NCBI RefSeq assembly: GCF_001194135.2
Contig: NC_068983.1
Coordinates: 108,702,453-108,766,452 of the forward strand
Length of the DNA stretch: 64,000 bases
Reading direction: 5' to 3'
Source of the DNA: Octopus bimaculoides
Lineage: Eukaryota
The stretch's first letter is position 1. Each line of letters starts with the position of its first letter. The notes below the pieces were generated by a model. The model did no database searches and had not been told where the DNA came from. It worked only from the letters and a program-made list of their open reading frames with translations. A program made the translations under genes and the position numbers. Positions 47,554 to 62,560 of the stretch are shown here, one piece after another.

Positions 47554-48703
47554 GAGTTCTAGAGTTTACTAAACCCTTGAAGGCAATACTCCATTGAATG
47601 AAATCATCAAAAGAATAAAAGTAAAAACATATATTTTCCTATGAATACTCAGACACATACAAACACACATCAAATACTAACTATGGTCCTTCCTTAATGA
47701 AGAATGAAGATAATTTATCTCAGATTAGAATGATTAGCTTCAAAGAATACAAGATATGTGTACTTATGAATTTGCATAGTCTGGTCACACAAACACATTA
47801 AATTCTAAAGCAATTAACATTATTAAAAATTTTGCAAAAGTTTAACATAAATTTCGATCATTAACATTTTGTACATCAATACTATAAATACTGAATGCAA
47901 AATATCAAACACTATGTTAACAAGAATTCTAATCAGTCACCAACAATAACAAAAGTAATTAATTATGAACATTAGCAGGAAAATATTTATTCATTCTACA
48001 GATTGCAATAATCACGTGTTTTAAAATTACAAGTTTAAAGTGAAACTAAAATGCATAGCCAAACAAAACTCACGGAAATAGAGAACTAAGAAAAGTAAAA
48101 ATCATCAAATTCAATGCATAATTCAGTTATATGCATAATATCCATTATAGTGGAAAATTTCATTGCCTTGATAAAAAACAATATTTTCTTGTCAAGAGCA
48201 GATATCCCAGACTCTTCAAAAATCAATTTGAAAATTATCATCATCTTGATTAAGGAAGAATTTGTATTAATTGTGTACTAAGGAACAAGCTAAAACATAA
48301 CAAGTAAACAACATATCTAGCTTATTTATTTCAGGCAATGAAGGCACAAGTGTATTGAGCTTGAATACGTTCTATAGATAACGTTGAAATAATTATATTA
48401 GGCTTACAGAAAATACATTTTGAATCAGTATCAGTTATGAATACAATACATTACTTCTTGAAGAGAAGTGGATCAAATTGCGCCTAATTACTCTAGTGAA
48501 TCTAGTGCTTGAATGAGGACATAAATAGTAAAATTGCGATAATTTGTCTAAAGACAAAACTGAAAATCCATCTGTTAAGAGATGAAGGATGCGTTATTTT
48601 TTATTATGGGGAAATATACCATTCTCATGCAGTTGTTTGGGAATCTTAATTTTAAAAAATGGCTGTTATTAGAAAACAAACATGAAAATAATCAACTCTT
48701 AGT

Positions 48704-48776
48704 GAACTTGTCCATATACACAGGAGTGAAAGAACTTGTCCATATACACAGGAGTGAAAGAACTTGTCCATATACA
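48704..48776. repeat. 28-bp tandem repeat, 2.6 copies
   Basis: GAACTTGTCCATATACACAGGAGTGAAA twice, plus 17 nt of a third copy. Confidence 0.95.
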
Positions 48777-49239
48777 AATGAATGAAAATCATTTTTTCAT
48801 GGCTGAAACGAATGCTACTCAATCAGTGTAATAATGACAAAAAGCTTAAAAAGATGTGAACAAATTCTGATAATTTATTGACCAACAATAAATCTGATTG
48901 ATTTGATCTCCATTTTAAGCTTCTGAGAAGCATGAAAAAATTAAAGTGGATTCGAGGTCATGTATTTATTTATTCATTTGATTCTTGTTGAGATGTCATA
49001 TTTGAACATGAAACTGATCAGTGACAGACATTAAGGCAGTATAACCACTGAACAATATTTAAGAATCAAATGCAATTCTGATCCCACTGTGTGGGGTCTT
49101 AGGCTAACATCATCTGTAGTTTCAGACTAACCAATGAAAGAAGCCTGTTGCATATGTATACAAGTATTTGTGTGAATCTATGCGCATGCAAGTGAGTTTA
49201 CGTTTTTTACATGCATATATCCCTGAAAAAATATGGCTG

Positions 49240-49369
49240 AGGCAAAGAATAAAGTACCTTAGTGGAAAAAATGTAGGGGTTGGCATCAGGAAGGGCACCT
49301 GGCTGTGGAATATTGCATCAAGAAGTTTTTTCAACCCATGCAAGCATGAAAAACAGTGAGTATATTATG

Positions 49370-49415
<46 letters not shown>
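49240..49415 (+). mobile_element. SINE family C 3' fragment with a long (GAT)n tail
   Basis: GGTTGGCATCAGGAAGGGCACC...CAACCCATGCAAGCATGAAAA then (GAT)n. Confidence 0.7.
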
Positions 49416-49416
<1 letters not shown>

Positions 49417-52400
49417 AATGTATATCTAAACTTGTAAAGATGTAGCTAAAATTGAAAAGGAGAAAGAAATACGAAGTGATGTGAGAATGTATTATAAACA
49501 TCTTATAGAAGTAAAATCATGAGTGTTTTAGAATGAAAAAACATATGAAGGCTGTGATGAGATAAAGCATCTTTTGAAATAGTTTTACTAATTTCTTTTC
49601 CAGTTAATTTAGGAGGTTTCTGCTATCAATATATAAACATCTGTCAGCAGTTGTTATCCATCTTAATTGCTGTTAAGTATTTAGAAAGATTTCTTTCAAG
49701 TCATTTCTGTATATAAGTAAAATAGATTGCTTAGAAACACTTTATAGTGAAGGAGAAATGAATTTTTTGTTGATATTTTCTTTTTTATCTTTTTTTGTTT
49801 TGTTATCTATAGGTTGAAGGTAAGAGTTAAGAGATATAAGATGCATTCAGTAGAAAAATTGATATATTTTGAGCTAATAGTATTTTCTGTATAAATGATA
49901 AGAGTTGAAAATGTTTGATAGGGGCTGATTTATTGATTGCAAAGCTGATTGTTTTTAAACACCACCATCATTGTATAATCTCAATTGCAAATATACTGAA
50001 CCCCCAGTAGCTTACTCTAGCAAACTATAAGTACCACAGGTTTTCAATTTTAAGCATTGGGAGGACTGTAGAATTGATATGTGTCAACTTAAGGAGTGAC
50101 ATTTCTCCCATTTTGTGCAATAAAATTTGTTAAGCACTTGACTTGTGCAATTTTGTGACACAAAAAGAGGAAAGAAGTTACTCCACAAAATAATATATAT
50201 CAGTTTTATCATGCTTCCAACAGGGAAACAGTTTCTATAAGGTACCTATCTATAGCTTGCTGGAGCGAGCCATTGGATTATACCATAGGATCTATTCAGT
50301 AGAGACACTAGAAAAGTGGTGTGTGTTTAAAAACAATCAGCTTATAATCAATAAACTATAGCCCTATCAAACAGTTTGAACTTTTATTGTTTATTCAGAA
50401 AATACAATTAGCTCAAAATATATAAATATTTCTACAGAATGTATTTAAAAGAGAAATATTGTATTTTGTGGATCATCATGCGATTGCTATGTAGAAGAAA
50501 GAGATGCAGTTAAAATAATTTCAGTTATCTATCTTGATATTTTGTAAACTGGGGATTCATCAATTAGTAACTGAATATTTATGCATTAAATCAAATATCA
50601 ATGTTTTTGTAAAGCAAAATATCAGCAAACATATAATTAAAAAGAAGTACCTGAATTATAAAAGTTTTAATATTTGTTTTAGTAAGGAATAGCATGGAAA
50701 TATATACAAACTGCAGATGAAAATTATATTAAATGCATAAATAGATGATGATTCTATTACATAAATAGCGATTTGTTTTGTATTGAGTTAGTATAGTAAG
50801 CAACACATTTCAAAAAATGAAAACAAATTTTGTCTTTTCTTTCAGTAGAACATAGAATGATATGCATTTACTCATTGCACTTGAACTCCCCTTATATATT
50901 AGCAGAAATAACATTATGAGCCAATTAATGGAAATTTCCATCAATGGGTTCCATTGTGTTAGATAGACATCGTTAGTACTCTTTCTTTACGAAATTTAAT
51001 CAAAAAGCAATTATTAAACAATAAACTAGCATTCGTATCAAAACCTATCGATTTACCTGAATATAATTGATGTACCTACATTGTTTGCAGGTTTTGCCAT
51101 TAGCAAATTGCCAATGGTTTTAAATTAGCTATAATTGAATTGTTGGTGGTTTTTCTTAGCAATTTGCCATCCATTCAATCTACATGGTGTAATACTATAC
51201 TGTATTATTATATATTTGTGTATTTATGAAAACTCTTCTCAATGGGCGTATATTTATTTATTTTTAAAAAATTAAGAAAAATTAGGAGATCTAGAAATAG
51301 TGACTTGTACAAAGTCGTTGATTATTCCAATAATAATAATGTTTACCAGTATACATTAATGTTTTTCTTTACAAGTGAGGATGTATTAAAATATGCATGC
51401 ATATTTTTAGCTGTCAATTTGTACTTACATATCTACTTATTTATCAAAGAAGAAAATTAAGAATGGATTATCACATCATGTTAGCTTAAATCTTTTAGAT
51501 TATAGGTTTTAGTAACGAAGAGAATTTAACAAAATTTAATAAATGCAAAACATGAAAATGACAAGAAACTGTATAACCATTCAATCTTATCCAACTGTTT
51601 GTGTATTACTGACTGTATGCTTTAATTTGCATACATTTTAATAATTAATAACTTTGGTACGTGCTGATGTATATTTTATATTAAGATTTTTCTTGCCTTA
51701 GAGCTTTCAGGTTTGCTACCAAAGTATGCATTTGTTAAGACATCAAAGGTTTTGAACTTCAAAGCCTAAATGCTAATAAATAGATTCCTTTGTATTGGAA
51801 ATATTCAATGTGGATTCATTAACATTTCTCTCAAAAAAGTTCTTTTTTTTTTCATGAAAATATTAAAGTATAAATAATAAATAGTTGCCTTAAAGATTAA
51901 CATAATCTATTTAAGAGAAATTTATATTTTAGAATGTAAAATGATCCATAATACAAATATTTTGAAATAACAATAAAAATAAATGGTAAGGCACTTTCCA
52001 TTAAAGTTTCTCAAGAACCTTATTAAAGATTATGATTCATGATTTCAAATAGAGTGCTTAATAAAATGGAATCCTCATTCTTTTTATCTAAAACAATAGG
52101 CATTGATTCATATATTTCATTGAGGATAAGACAACTTATACCATAACATCAAAACATAAACACTCCCACTTTGCCAAAAAGCAGTCATCGTTATCTTAAG
52201 CATGTTTGTATCTTTTTACTATTACAATAAATATTCTAGTAAAATTACTTGCTTTGATATATTTTTCTAAAAACACTTTACATTTAATCTTACAGTAATT
52301 TATGTAACATATTTCACCAGCTACTATAAAAAAATTACTAACATCCATTTTTGATCAAGTTCACATCTTCAATTTTTATGAAGTTCATATAAGCCATTTT

Positions 52401-54898
52401 AGTCCCACACTAATTGCTATATATACCTTCCTACTTTTATTTCTCATATCTTCCTCATGTCAGAGTTGGTCATCTCTCTCATAACAGCTGCTTATGAATA
52501 AAGCGAATCTTTAAACTGTTATTCAACTTTCTTCCAGTCACACTTTATTCCTTCTGTCCTTCCTTAAAAACAAATTCAAAATAACTACACTGATCTCATC
52601 TGATCCACTGCTATAACTAATTAGAACATAGGATCGCAACTAGACATAGTCTTCATTGCTTATGGCACCAATGATGTAATTTATTGACTAAATTTGTACA
52701 TATCATATTTCTCAGAATTGCATTATATTTAATAGAATATATCTAGAGAGAAATCATGTTAGTTATTAATTACATATCAGAATTTATATTTTGAACAAGA
52801 CTAAAATACATATTTAAGTATCAGAAATAACTGATTGATATATTTGATGGCATGTTACATCATTTTTCACATAAACTTTACTTTTGTATAAGTAACATCT
52901 GATTAATACTAGTCTGGCTGGAATATTTCTGAATATATGGATAGGAATAGCTACAAAGCATATCCCAACAACAATAACATTTAAGTGGGGAAGAGGTTCT
53001 TCATAATAAAAAGTAACAAAAATAAGAAATTACTAACTAGTTATTTAATAGTTATATCCTTCTAAATTACTGGTGTAAACATGCTATCTTTTACCAACTT
53101 TAACAATTTGATCATAATTCTTACTTTATTCAAGTACAATTTACTTTTCAACCACACCAGTTTCCAACCTTGATACTCTCAATTAACAAGCACTTCATTC
53201 AATGCATCATTTTCCATCATTATCCTAAGGTTTGAAGAATTAAATAATGTGTTTGAACTTCACTAGGTCCCAGGGCAAATGATTGATCAAAACCATTTTG
53301 TTTTTTTTCTGATTTATAAAGGAATCATTGAAATCTTAATGTAGACTGATCCATCATTGTTATTTTGATGGGATGAATCAGGTGAGTCAAGTGCACATCA
53401 GAAATATTCAGCACTAAAAACTTATTTCAGTCTATTAGACTTGACTATTTCCCTGTTGAGCATTATTAAAATTAATTTGAATTCACTCCTCTAACTTACA
53501 ATGTATATTCTATGCTAATATGTCTGTATACTAACAATGATGTACGTTATGTGAGCATATATTTTCTACACTGACATTGAATAAATAAGTTCTTAATACT
53601 GTCAGATTTGATTGATCATAGAGTAAAAAATTCAATGCTAACTGAAGAGAGAGGTAGTGAGAAAGAGACATAAGGTGGCCAGACAGGAAGAGTAAGAGAG
53701 TGCACTAGGAAATTAGTAAATCAGTAACATACATTTTACCCAATTGTACTTTAACAAGGGGCTCCAGAGAATTGATAGAATGTGAATGGTTTCTTGTTGA
53801 TAAGCACTGTGTTCAGTAGATGTGATACAAAGAATCAACTTGCCATTGGTGCAACCAATCACAGATAAATTACAAAAATGTAATGAAATAGAATGAAATA
53901 ATAATAAAAATTTGATAATATTAATATTATTATTATTAATAACACTATTTACACAGTTCATACTCAGCAGAATCATCACCCAATAAAATTATATCACAAC
54001 CCCCAAATACTCTATATGATTACTGTCCAATTAAATGATGCAATTCATATGCTTAGAAAATAAACACCCAATACTATAAACATCTTACAACTCACATTCT
54101 GCAGGTGATGTTATATAACATAACAATATGCACAGAGTACAATCTCTTCACAATCACTGTCTGACACTAAAACATGTCACAAAATATATATGATACATAA
54201 TTGACACTCAACAAAATAACACAACTCACATACGACACAATCTTCCAATTTCACAGATAAAACACTAAAATAACACTAGAGATATAAAAAAAAAACAAAC
54301 AGGACAAACCAAAACCAATGTAGCATCCAAATACCACACCACAAAAAAGATGATACTGTAAACACCTCAAGAACACAAATGTCTTTAGCAATGCATTAAA
54401 ATCTTGTGTAACAACCTTCAAGCAACAGGTAATGCTTTAGACATGTCATTTCCACTGGTTTTATTTGTCAATGAGTGAAAAGTATTCTAGCAGCCATTTT
54501 GTTTTTATAAAACAGAGCTCAAAAAGAATCTTTCTTAGCTTGTTTTGCTTATCCATGCGAAGAATGTACTAACCTGTCATGCCTCTTTTACTAGGCATAC
54601 ATGAGTGCCACAGAAACTAATAGAATCATTTTATTCATATAGAACTCCAGAATTTGAACTCAGAATGTAAAGCTGAACGAAATTCCACTGCCAACTCTTC
54701 GCGTTAATCTGATTTTAAATAATGATTTCAAATTTTGGCACAAGGCCAGCAATTTTGGGGAAGAGGTAGTTTGATAAAATAAGTACCTGTAGAGTATTGT
54801 TTTTCTGAACGGGTTGTCACAATTTTTATGACAGAGCAATTTAATTAAGACAATAGATAAACAAATTATCCTTATGATTGTTATTAGTATTATTATGA

Positions 54899-55318
54899 AG
54901 GCGGTGAACTGGCAGGATCAAATTCTGTTGAGGTTGACCTTGCCTTTCATTCTTTCAGGGTCAATAAAATAAATACTAGTCGAGCACTGGGGCTAATGTA
55001 ATCGACTTATCTGGCTTTGTGCTAAAATTTGTGCTAAAATTTGCTGGCTTTGTGCTAAAATTTCAAACCATTATTATTATTGTTGTTGTTATTATTAATA
55101 AGGCAGTGAGCTGGCAGAAGCGTTAGCATACTGGATGAAATTCTTAGAGGTATTTCACCAGTTGCTACATTCTGAGTTCAAATTCCACCGAGGTTGACTT
55201 TGCCTTTCATCCTTTTGGGGTCAATAAATTAATTACCAGTGAAACACTGGGGGTCATATAGTCGACTATCTCCTCCCCTAAATTTCAAGCCTTGTGCCTA
55301 CAGCAGAAAGGATTATTA
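54899..55318 (+). mobile_element. Two SINE family A copies (the first internally deleted)
   Basis: GGCGGTGAACTGGCAG at about 54900 and GGCAGTGAGCTGGCAGAAG at about 55102, each with the GACYTTGCCTTTCAT core. Confidence 0.85.
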
Positions 55319-55913
55319 TTACCTCCACCTTAGCGAAGGTGGAGGTATTGTTTCCAGTTGTGTTTGTTTGTGTGTCCATGGACTAGATAGCTCAAGAACC
55401 GCTGGATGGATTCGGATGAAACTTTCAGGGAAGTTTGGCCTCATGACTGGCACAAACTAATTGGATCTTGGGATAGATCCGGTACCAGATAAGGATTCTG
55501 GATTATTTGTTATATTTACTTTACTTTACATCATTACGATCTTACATTAACTTTCAAGTCTTTCTCAATTATCTCCATTTAGGCTGTAACTATTTTGAAT
55601 GGTGAATTTGTTAACTTTGGCTTGTACTAGATAATGATAAACTATTTATTATTGTTACTAAATTTTCTACAGCCACCTTCACATTCCATGACTAACATTG
55701 GGATTGATCTGGGACTGAACAAAGATTCTGGATTATTTTTCTGGTTTTTTACTTAAGTTTTGAGAGCGGTCGGATTCATTTTTAGTATTCTCATTTGTGA
55801 GAGCAGTCGAGTTTATTTCAGATATTCTCATTTTAAAAATCATTTCTGGCTAATCGTTGAGAAGACGTTGGTGTTGCCTTGACAGGGGTTTGCACTCTCT
55901 GAGTGCTCTTGTT
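55319..55913 (+). mobile_element. Helentron-type non-autonomous element (HINE/DINE-1-like architecture)
   Basis: 5' hairpin ACCTCCACCTT-AGCG-AAGGTGGAGGT, GTTT/GT repeats, GATGGATTCGGATGAAACTT, 3' sub-TIR CCTTGACAGGGGT and 3' stem-loop GCACTC-TCT-GAGTGC followed by TCTTGTT. Confidence 0.7.
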
Positions 55914-56784
55914 ATTATTATTTTGGTGCAGCTCTCCAGTTTACTAGTTCCAGTCAAACCATCTAACCCATGCCAGCATGGAAAACGGACGCATGATGAT
56001 GATGATGATAATGATAATGATGATGATGATGATGATGATCATCATCATCATCATAATCGTCATCACTGTCATCATCAGGTTTCAAATAGAACATAACTTT
56101 TATCATATGAGGACCTAATTAGTTTTGAAGCTAGAATCTGAATTAGCAGAATATCTATGATTCAAAATTCGCATTTGTTGATTATAATAAAGAGGTATGT
56201 TTCAGTTGGATATGTTTTGTTTTTCAACTAGCTACAATACATTTTTAAAAAACACAAGAGATAATTTATGTATATTAGTTTTAATGGCTGTCAAAACAGA
56301 TTGGGATAAAATAAAAGACTGATTTTGAAAAAAAAAAGAAACAAAACAAAAATTGAAGTAATGAAGAATAACGCTTTGTATGAAATATTAAAGCCTAAAG
56401 TTTCAATCAAATGCAGTAATCTTTTTAATTAAGCATTGGTTTATTTTAAGTAGTAAATGAAATTTGTGCAAATTAAAATTATGATTTGATTAGATAAATT
56501 AATATTTTAATTATTGGTGTTATTATTTATAGCAACAAACTCATCATTTTATATTTATATTACCAGTATCAAAATGAGTACTGATATAATATTGCTTCAA
56601 TTTTATTGCTTCCAATTTGACTTTTTTTTCATTTTGAATTTCATGAAACACATGTTTCTATCTTTCTCACTTTTGAGCTTAATTACAATGCTTCCACTGA
56701 GTTATATGCTATCATTCTAGTTTTCTTTCATGCAATTATTACTATTATTATTATTATCATTATTATTAATATTATTGAGTGAAA

Positions 56785-57175
56785 GAGCAGCACATGCCAT
56801 CAAAGTGACTCTGGGGTACAAATATACAAAGCCCAATATACCCATCCTGACTACCCATCTGATTAGGGTACACCAGGCACATGCATCACAACCATATGAG
56901 CATGACATGGTGATCTCATATCAAAATAAATAGTACATGACCTTCCAGGTGGGGTTCAGTAAGAATTTTCTGCAGGTAAAGTAGCTCATCTCACTCAAAA
57001 GGTCCCTGAATAAGGTTTGTTTCAGGTTGATGAATGATTCACTCATATTTCCTGGGGTGAATTATTGAAGCCTGAAAGAATGCCTGTCAACACATGGCTA
57101 TGAAGCTCCCCTACTACTGCTCATGATCAGAGATGCACAAAATATCAGCCACTAAGGGACATGCTCAACTGGTTT
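56785..57175. repeat. Unclassified GC-richer interspersed-repeat-like block between (ATT)/(AAT) tracts
   Basis: Abrupt change in composition between microsatellite flanks; no second copy in the window. Confidence 0.35.
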
Positions 57176-57230
57176 ATAATAATATTAATAATGATAATAA
57201 TAATAGTTGTTGTTAATATTATTATTATCA

Positions 57231-57690
57231 AGTGAGCAGGCAGAATTGTTAGCATGCCGGGCAAAATGCTTAGCAGTATTTCATCTGCCACTATGTTCTG
57301 AGTTCAAATTCAACCAAGGTTGACTTTGCCTTTCATCCTTTCAGGGTTGATAAATTAAGTACCAGCCATGTACTGGTGTCGATGTGATCGACTGTCCCCC
57401 TTCCCACAAAATCCAGGCCTTGTGCCTATTGTAGAAACGATAATTATTGTTATAATTATTATTATTGTCATTGAGGCAGTGAGCTGGAAGAATTGTTAGC
57501 ACGCCGGGGTGAAATGCTTAGTGGTATTCTATCTGCCACTACATTCTGAGTTCAAATTCTGCCTAGGTTGACTTTGCCTTTCATCTTTTTGGGTCAATAA
57601 ATTAAGTACCAGTTACGTACTGGGGTTGATGAAATCGAATTAATGCCTTCCTCCAAATTGGAGGCCTTGTGCTTCCAGTAGAAAGGATTA
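57231..57690 (+). mobile_element. Two tandem SINE family A copies followed by a (CAT)n tract
   Basis: Both match 17538-17753. Confidence 0.9.
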
Positions 57691-57958
57691 TCATCATCAT
57701 CATCATCGTCATCACATCATCACTATCATCATCGTCATCACATCATCATCACCATCATACACTTGCACCTTAAGCCCTGAAATTCTGCACATCTTTATTT
57801 TATTAATGTGTGCATCATATGAAAATCAATCTTTATTATATAAATAAAACATTCTCAGATCATTAGCACTAGGAGTTTTCTTAAAGTTGTAGCAAGTGGA
57901 TCTTGCACAATATTTCCAATGATAATTGTTCAATAGTTTAAGTGAACAACCAAGTTCA

Positions 57959-58187
57959 TTAATGCTTTAGCATTCAGATTATTCTGTCAAATGTAATACT
58001 TCTTTATTCACATTGTTTTGAATTAATCCTCACATCATCTCATAAGTTCAAGATTTCAATGATATGACTGTATACTTTTTGAATGACATTGTAGGGAAGG
58101 TGGGAGAGGTTAGATCCGGCCAGCTTGGACATAAATCAGGTAGAATATTTGGGCCAAATATCACTGGTTTTAATGCTAAAGGTTCAA
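57959..58187. mobile_element. piggyBac-like MITE
   Basis: TTAA-TGCTTTAGCATT ... AATGCTAAAGGTTCAA degenerate termini; a second copy lies at 21690-21905. Confidence 0.6.
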
Positions 58188-58309
58188 ATTAATATGGAAA
58201 TGGCTGAGTATTCCACAGATATGTATACCCCTAATGTAATTCTCTTGCAGAGTCAGTGTGAAACTTTAGACATGGCTAGACCTTTTACTTACATGTGTAG
58301 TCTAGCTGA

Positions 58310-58460
58310 CAGGCTTCCATACAGTTTCCAATTTCATTCACAAATTATGGGCTGATCCGAGATTATATAAAAGATGTGTGGCTAAGATGCCATGCTATAG
58401 AATCAACACCAGGATCTCATAATTGGAAAGCAAAGCTAACTATTTAGCCATACTGCTCCT
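58310..58460 (-). mobile_element. SINE family B head, degraded
   Basis: GACAGGCTTCC...CAGTTTCCAATTTCATTCACAAA...GGAAAGCAAAG resembles the reverse complement of the family B head. Confidence 0.55.
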
Positions 58461-61400
58461 ATAAGTTGCATTATCACTTCTCTAAATGATGTTGACTAGC
58501 TTCATAAAACACAATCGGTGATCAAAATTTGAAGTCAGTGAGATTTGGAATTATGTCTATAATTTATTTCAAGCATCCATTAGTGAATGAGCAGCTAGGA
58601 TTACAAAAAATGTAAGCAAACTAAAACATATATTTAAATAATATTTTCAATGAAATTCATAAAATATCAGCAATAAATTGAGGTAAAAATTTCTCGTTAA
58701 ACTCGAGCGATAAATATGTGTCAGTTGAAAGTGTACGGAGTAGCCACAAGAAAATCAATAAATAATGATATAAGATCAATTTATGATATATTCAGCAAAA
58801 TGTGTTATTATATAAACACTTTTTGATAAAATATAGTCTGTGGAAAGGATAATAGTTATTTCCTTTATTAAGAATAATGGTTTCTTTTTGAAAATACATA
58901 CAATATATATTTTATATATATGTATAAAACTATATCCAAAATTAGTGATGAAATATGAAACTAAAGGAACATTTTTGTATTTTGTAAGTATTCTATAAAT
59001 AAGACAAATGAATTGATGCTAAACTAGATGTCATATTATGACAGAAAGACAGAAGTTGGAGTCAGGTATTTTGACAGAATTTCAGTAACACACCTGAATC
59101 AAACAGTGAGGGAATAAAGTGAAATCTCACGTGGGATGTATTGGATTCATTAGCATAAAAACATGACACTTTGACCACCAGGCAATACTGACATCAAAAG
59201 GAAGTTTAAAATAAACAAAAAGAAACATTATTGATTTTGAATACAATATAAATAAGGCTAGCATGAGTAAAGATCTTAATTTGATTTGTTATATTGATAA
59301 AAATAGAGTCAAAAGATTAGAATGTTTATTGTTCGCAAGATATTGACTTTTCATTAATTTATTTTGGTTTGATTTTTATCAGTTACTGTATCCTAGTGCT
59401 TTTGAGATATTTTTATATCCTTACTGAAATTCAGATGAAACAGGAAAGAAGTTTTATCTTTTAGTTTTAACCTTTGTTGCATTCCAAATGAAGTTTCATT
59501 TAATACAATTTTCAATAATTATTTTGGAATTCATTAATATTTGAGAAACAAGAAAGCTTTCAGAAAAAAAACATTATTTTATTGTATGCTGATGTTACTT
59601 TTTCCATTTTCTTTCTCTAATTGTAGAACTCACTTGCAAATACCATTAGAATGTTATAGATATATCAGTTGGATTTTGAAAGAATAAGGTAAGCAGACTA
59701 ATGTGTTTGAAATACAAACATTTAATTTTAGTTGTTTATATGAATATTATTTATAGAAAGTATCTTGATGGTGAGACACATCTAACGGTATAAAATCAAT
59801 GTATGGCATCACGAAATTGTTTTTGATAACACAAAATAATTTTTTTCTCCATTTTGTGTCATTGCTCCTAAAATGATGACTTCTGCAAAATAAAAGCAAA
59901 TTTATAATGCAGATATAATGCTATATAAATGGCAATTGAATTTCATTGAATATTTGTTACAGATTTTGATGCAGCAAACTTCAATGAGATATGTATGATT
60001 TACACCAGATATTTACATTAGAAATTCTCATCAGATAACCATTATGACAACTTCCACACTTTGGTCGAAACAACTATTCTCCATTTAATAAACAAATTTT
60101 GACCTATTTTCTTGAACTCATGTTCATTTCTGTTTGTTTTGGTATTTATAGAGTATGCTACTTTGCTTTTTCTATTCATTCTTTTTCTCTCATCCTCTCT
60201 GTTGTGTATGTTTACACTATTCATAGTTACTGCTCACCTACATAAATGTAATCCTGTTTCAATTTCCTCTTTGTTGCCTAGTAAATCTATGAAAATTTAG
60301 CATTGGTTTTCAAGGTATTTGATGTGTCCAAATCATGATTATTCTCACGATACCAAATTTTTCCCATTTATGTTATTTTTCATTAATTCTGCCGCAGCAT
60401 CGCAAATATTTTATCTTTTTTATATTTTTCTGGCAATTCCACAAGTATCTTAATCCTTTCTGTAGGTTTTCCGGGGTCAACATAATTAACTATGAGTCCT
60501 TAAAGGTCATGATGACCTCAGTCCAATGAGTGAAACTAATAAAGAATAAGTTTTATATGTATATATAAATAATCTACATTATATAACATATATATATATA
60601 TAAGTATGTATATGCATTTATTTCCTTGACACAAAACCACTGGTTAAAAACTCTTTAATGTAGTAAACAACAATACATAAACGATGTAAACATTTATGAT
60701 TAAATAAGAAAAAGGAAAAACTATCCTCTATACTGAAAGTAGAGTTGTATAATATTTTGTAGGATGAACTTCACAAATTGTCACTATAAATCTCTTCTAG
60801 CTGATCTTTGGATGATCATGAAAAATGGAACATAAAATTTTATATACAATAAACTTTCAGTGAAAATGTTTCAATATTGAAATGAATAGTGGTTGGATAA
60901 AAATGGTTTAAAAGAATCTAATTTCTTGACAATATAACTGTTTTTTGAAACATATGAGAAGTAACACTTTAAATAAAACAGATGAAATTAGGCAATATGA
61001 TATAGTGGACACAGAATATAAACAGCATGAAAAGTTATTGAAAACTATATATATTTGTGTGAAACAGTTGCCATTGCCAGTTGCATGTGCATAAATATCT
61101 AACACAGCAATAGAAAAGCGGTATATAGGTGTTTTAAAACAGTTTTAAAATGATGATACAATTAATATTACTCAAAGTTTTCTGAATATTCAACTATGTG
61201 AGAAACATATTGGTATTAGAATCATCCATCTGTGTGTACATAATTGGAAAATAAGAATACTTTGAAGTATAGATGCAAAGGTCTAGCAACTCTGATCTTT
61301 CATTTAATGTAAGCTATCTTGAAATAATATGGAAACTGTATCACTTAAACAAAAATTACCGAATGAATTCATAGCAGGAAGTAGTGTATTAAAGTATTGA

Positions 61401-62109
61401 CCATTTAATTTTAAACACCACAAAACCTAGATCTTTTCCAGACAAAATATGATTTGAAAGAATTGTAAGGAATCTTTTATTCTGTTTTACTGAATGTATT
61501 AATATGGTCATTAAAGCATATTTTAAAGCAGTTCTTGCTTAATCCATTGTAAGTGAAGTGCATGATGTTGTTATCTTTGCACAGCATATTAGAGCTTTGA
61601 AGTACAATTACCAGTAAAGGCACAATTATTTAGCTCAATGAAATTACAATTTGATGGAGAAACTATATTACTGGTATTGGAAAGGTTTTTGGAAATAAAG
61701 TGGTTAACTGAGTATGCCATATTTTTACAAGAATGGCTAACTTTAATCAATATTTTAGTTAAACTATATATCATCAGAATATTGAAAGAGATTAAATGTA
61801 AGTTTCAGGCAAATAATGTTCATTTCTTCAAACTGAATTCTGGATCATAGCATATGATATTTCTTTAAATATTTTAATGCTTGGAAACAGAGTGTGTTAT
61901 ACATTGTATTTTGTATAGAAATTAACAATTAAGAGGGGGTAAAATAACATTGAGAAGCACCACTGAATGTGAAAATAATGAGTATATACTTTTACTTATA
62001 TTAGAAATTAGATTCTGTTGAATATTGAAGTGTGTTGAAATGAATTCTAATTTATATTAAATAATTGTTTTTCGTAATGATAAAACTTAGTTATATTTAA
62101 GTTGAAATG

Positions 62110-62560
62110 ACTCTGCATGTGATGCCCCATGCAAGAGGCAAGAGAGATTTAAAGAAGAATGTTACGCTCGAGAAGGTGAATCACAATGACTGTTTTTGTA
62201 TGCTCAGTTTTTGACAGATCATGTCTTTCTTTTGCTGGGCTCAAATCTTATTTACAGACCCATGAAAAATGAACCTCCACCAACTATTCTGCCTATATGC
62301 CTGTGCACACCTTTCAATGCCATGTATGCCATAAGGTCTGCAAATTTAACAGAGGTTTCAAAAGACATTTTAAGGTCCACAAAGATCAGAACTTAACTGC
62401 AGCTCTTGGTGGTCTAAACTGGATATGGAATCTATGTATGTGTGTTCTTTCAATACATTGTCTGGTTTAAAAAGCCACATTAGACACCATGATGGATCTA
62501 AGGTGTAGGTACAAGAGGTGTTCAGACTCTGTGTAAGGAGTAGACAGCCACCATATATAT
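62110..62560 (+). pseudogene. Degraded segment with three C2H2 zinc fingers, probably a LINE ORF C-terminus plus 3' UTR
   Basis: FVCSVFDRSCLSFAGLKSYLQTH, stop, FQCHVCHKVCKFNRGFKRHFKVH (exact Cx2Cx12Hx3H), then WNLC/frameshift/FNTLSGLKSHIRHH...* at 62506-62508, ending in (AT)n. No TGEKP linkers. Confidence 0.7.

Noticed and set aside
48704-48776. CRISPR-like 28-bp repeats
   Set aside because: The repeats are contiguous with no spacers, in eukaryotic DNA.
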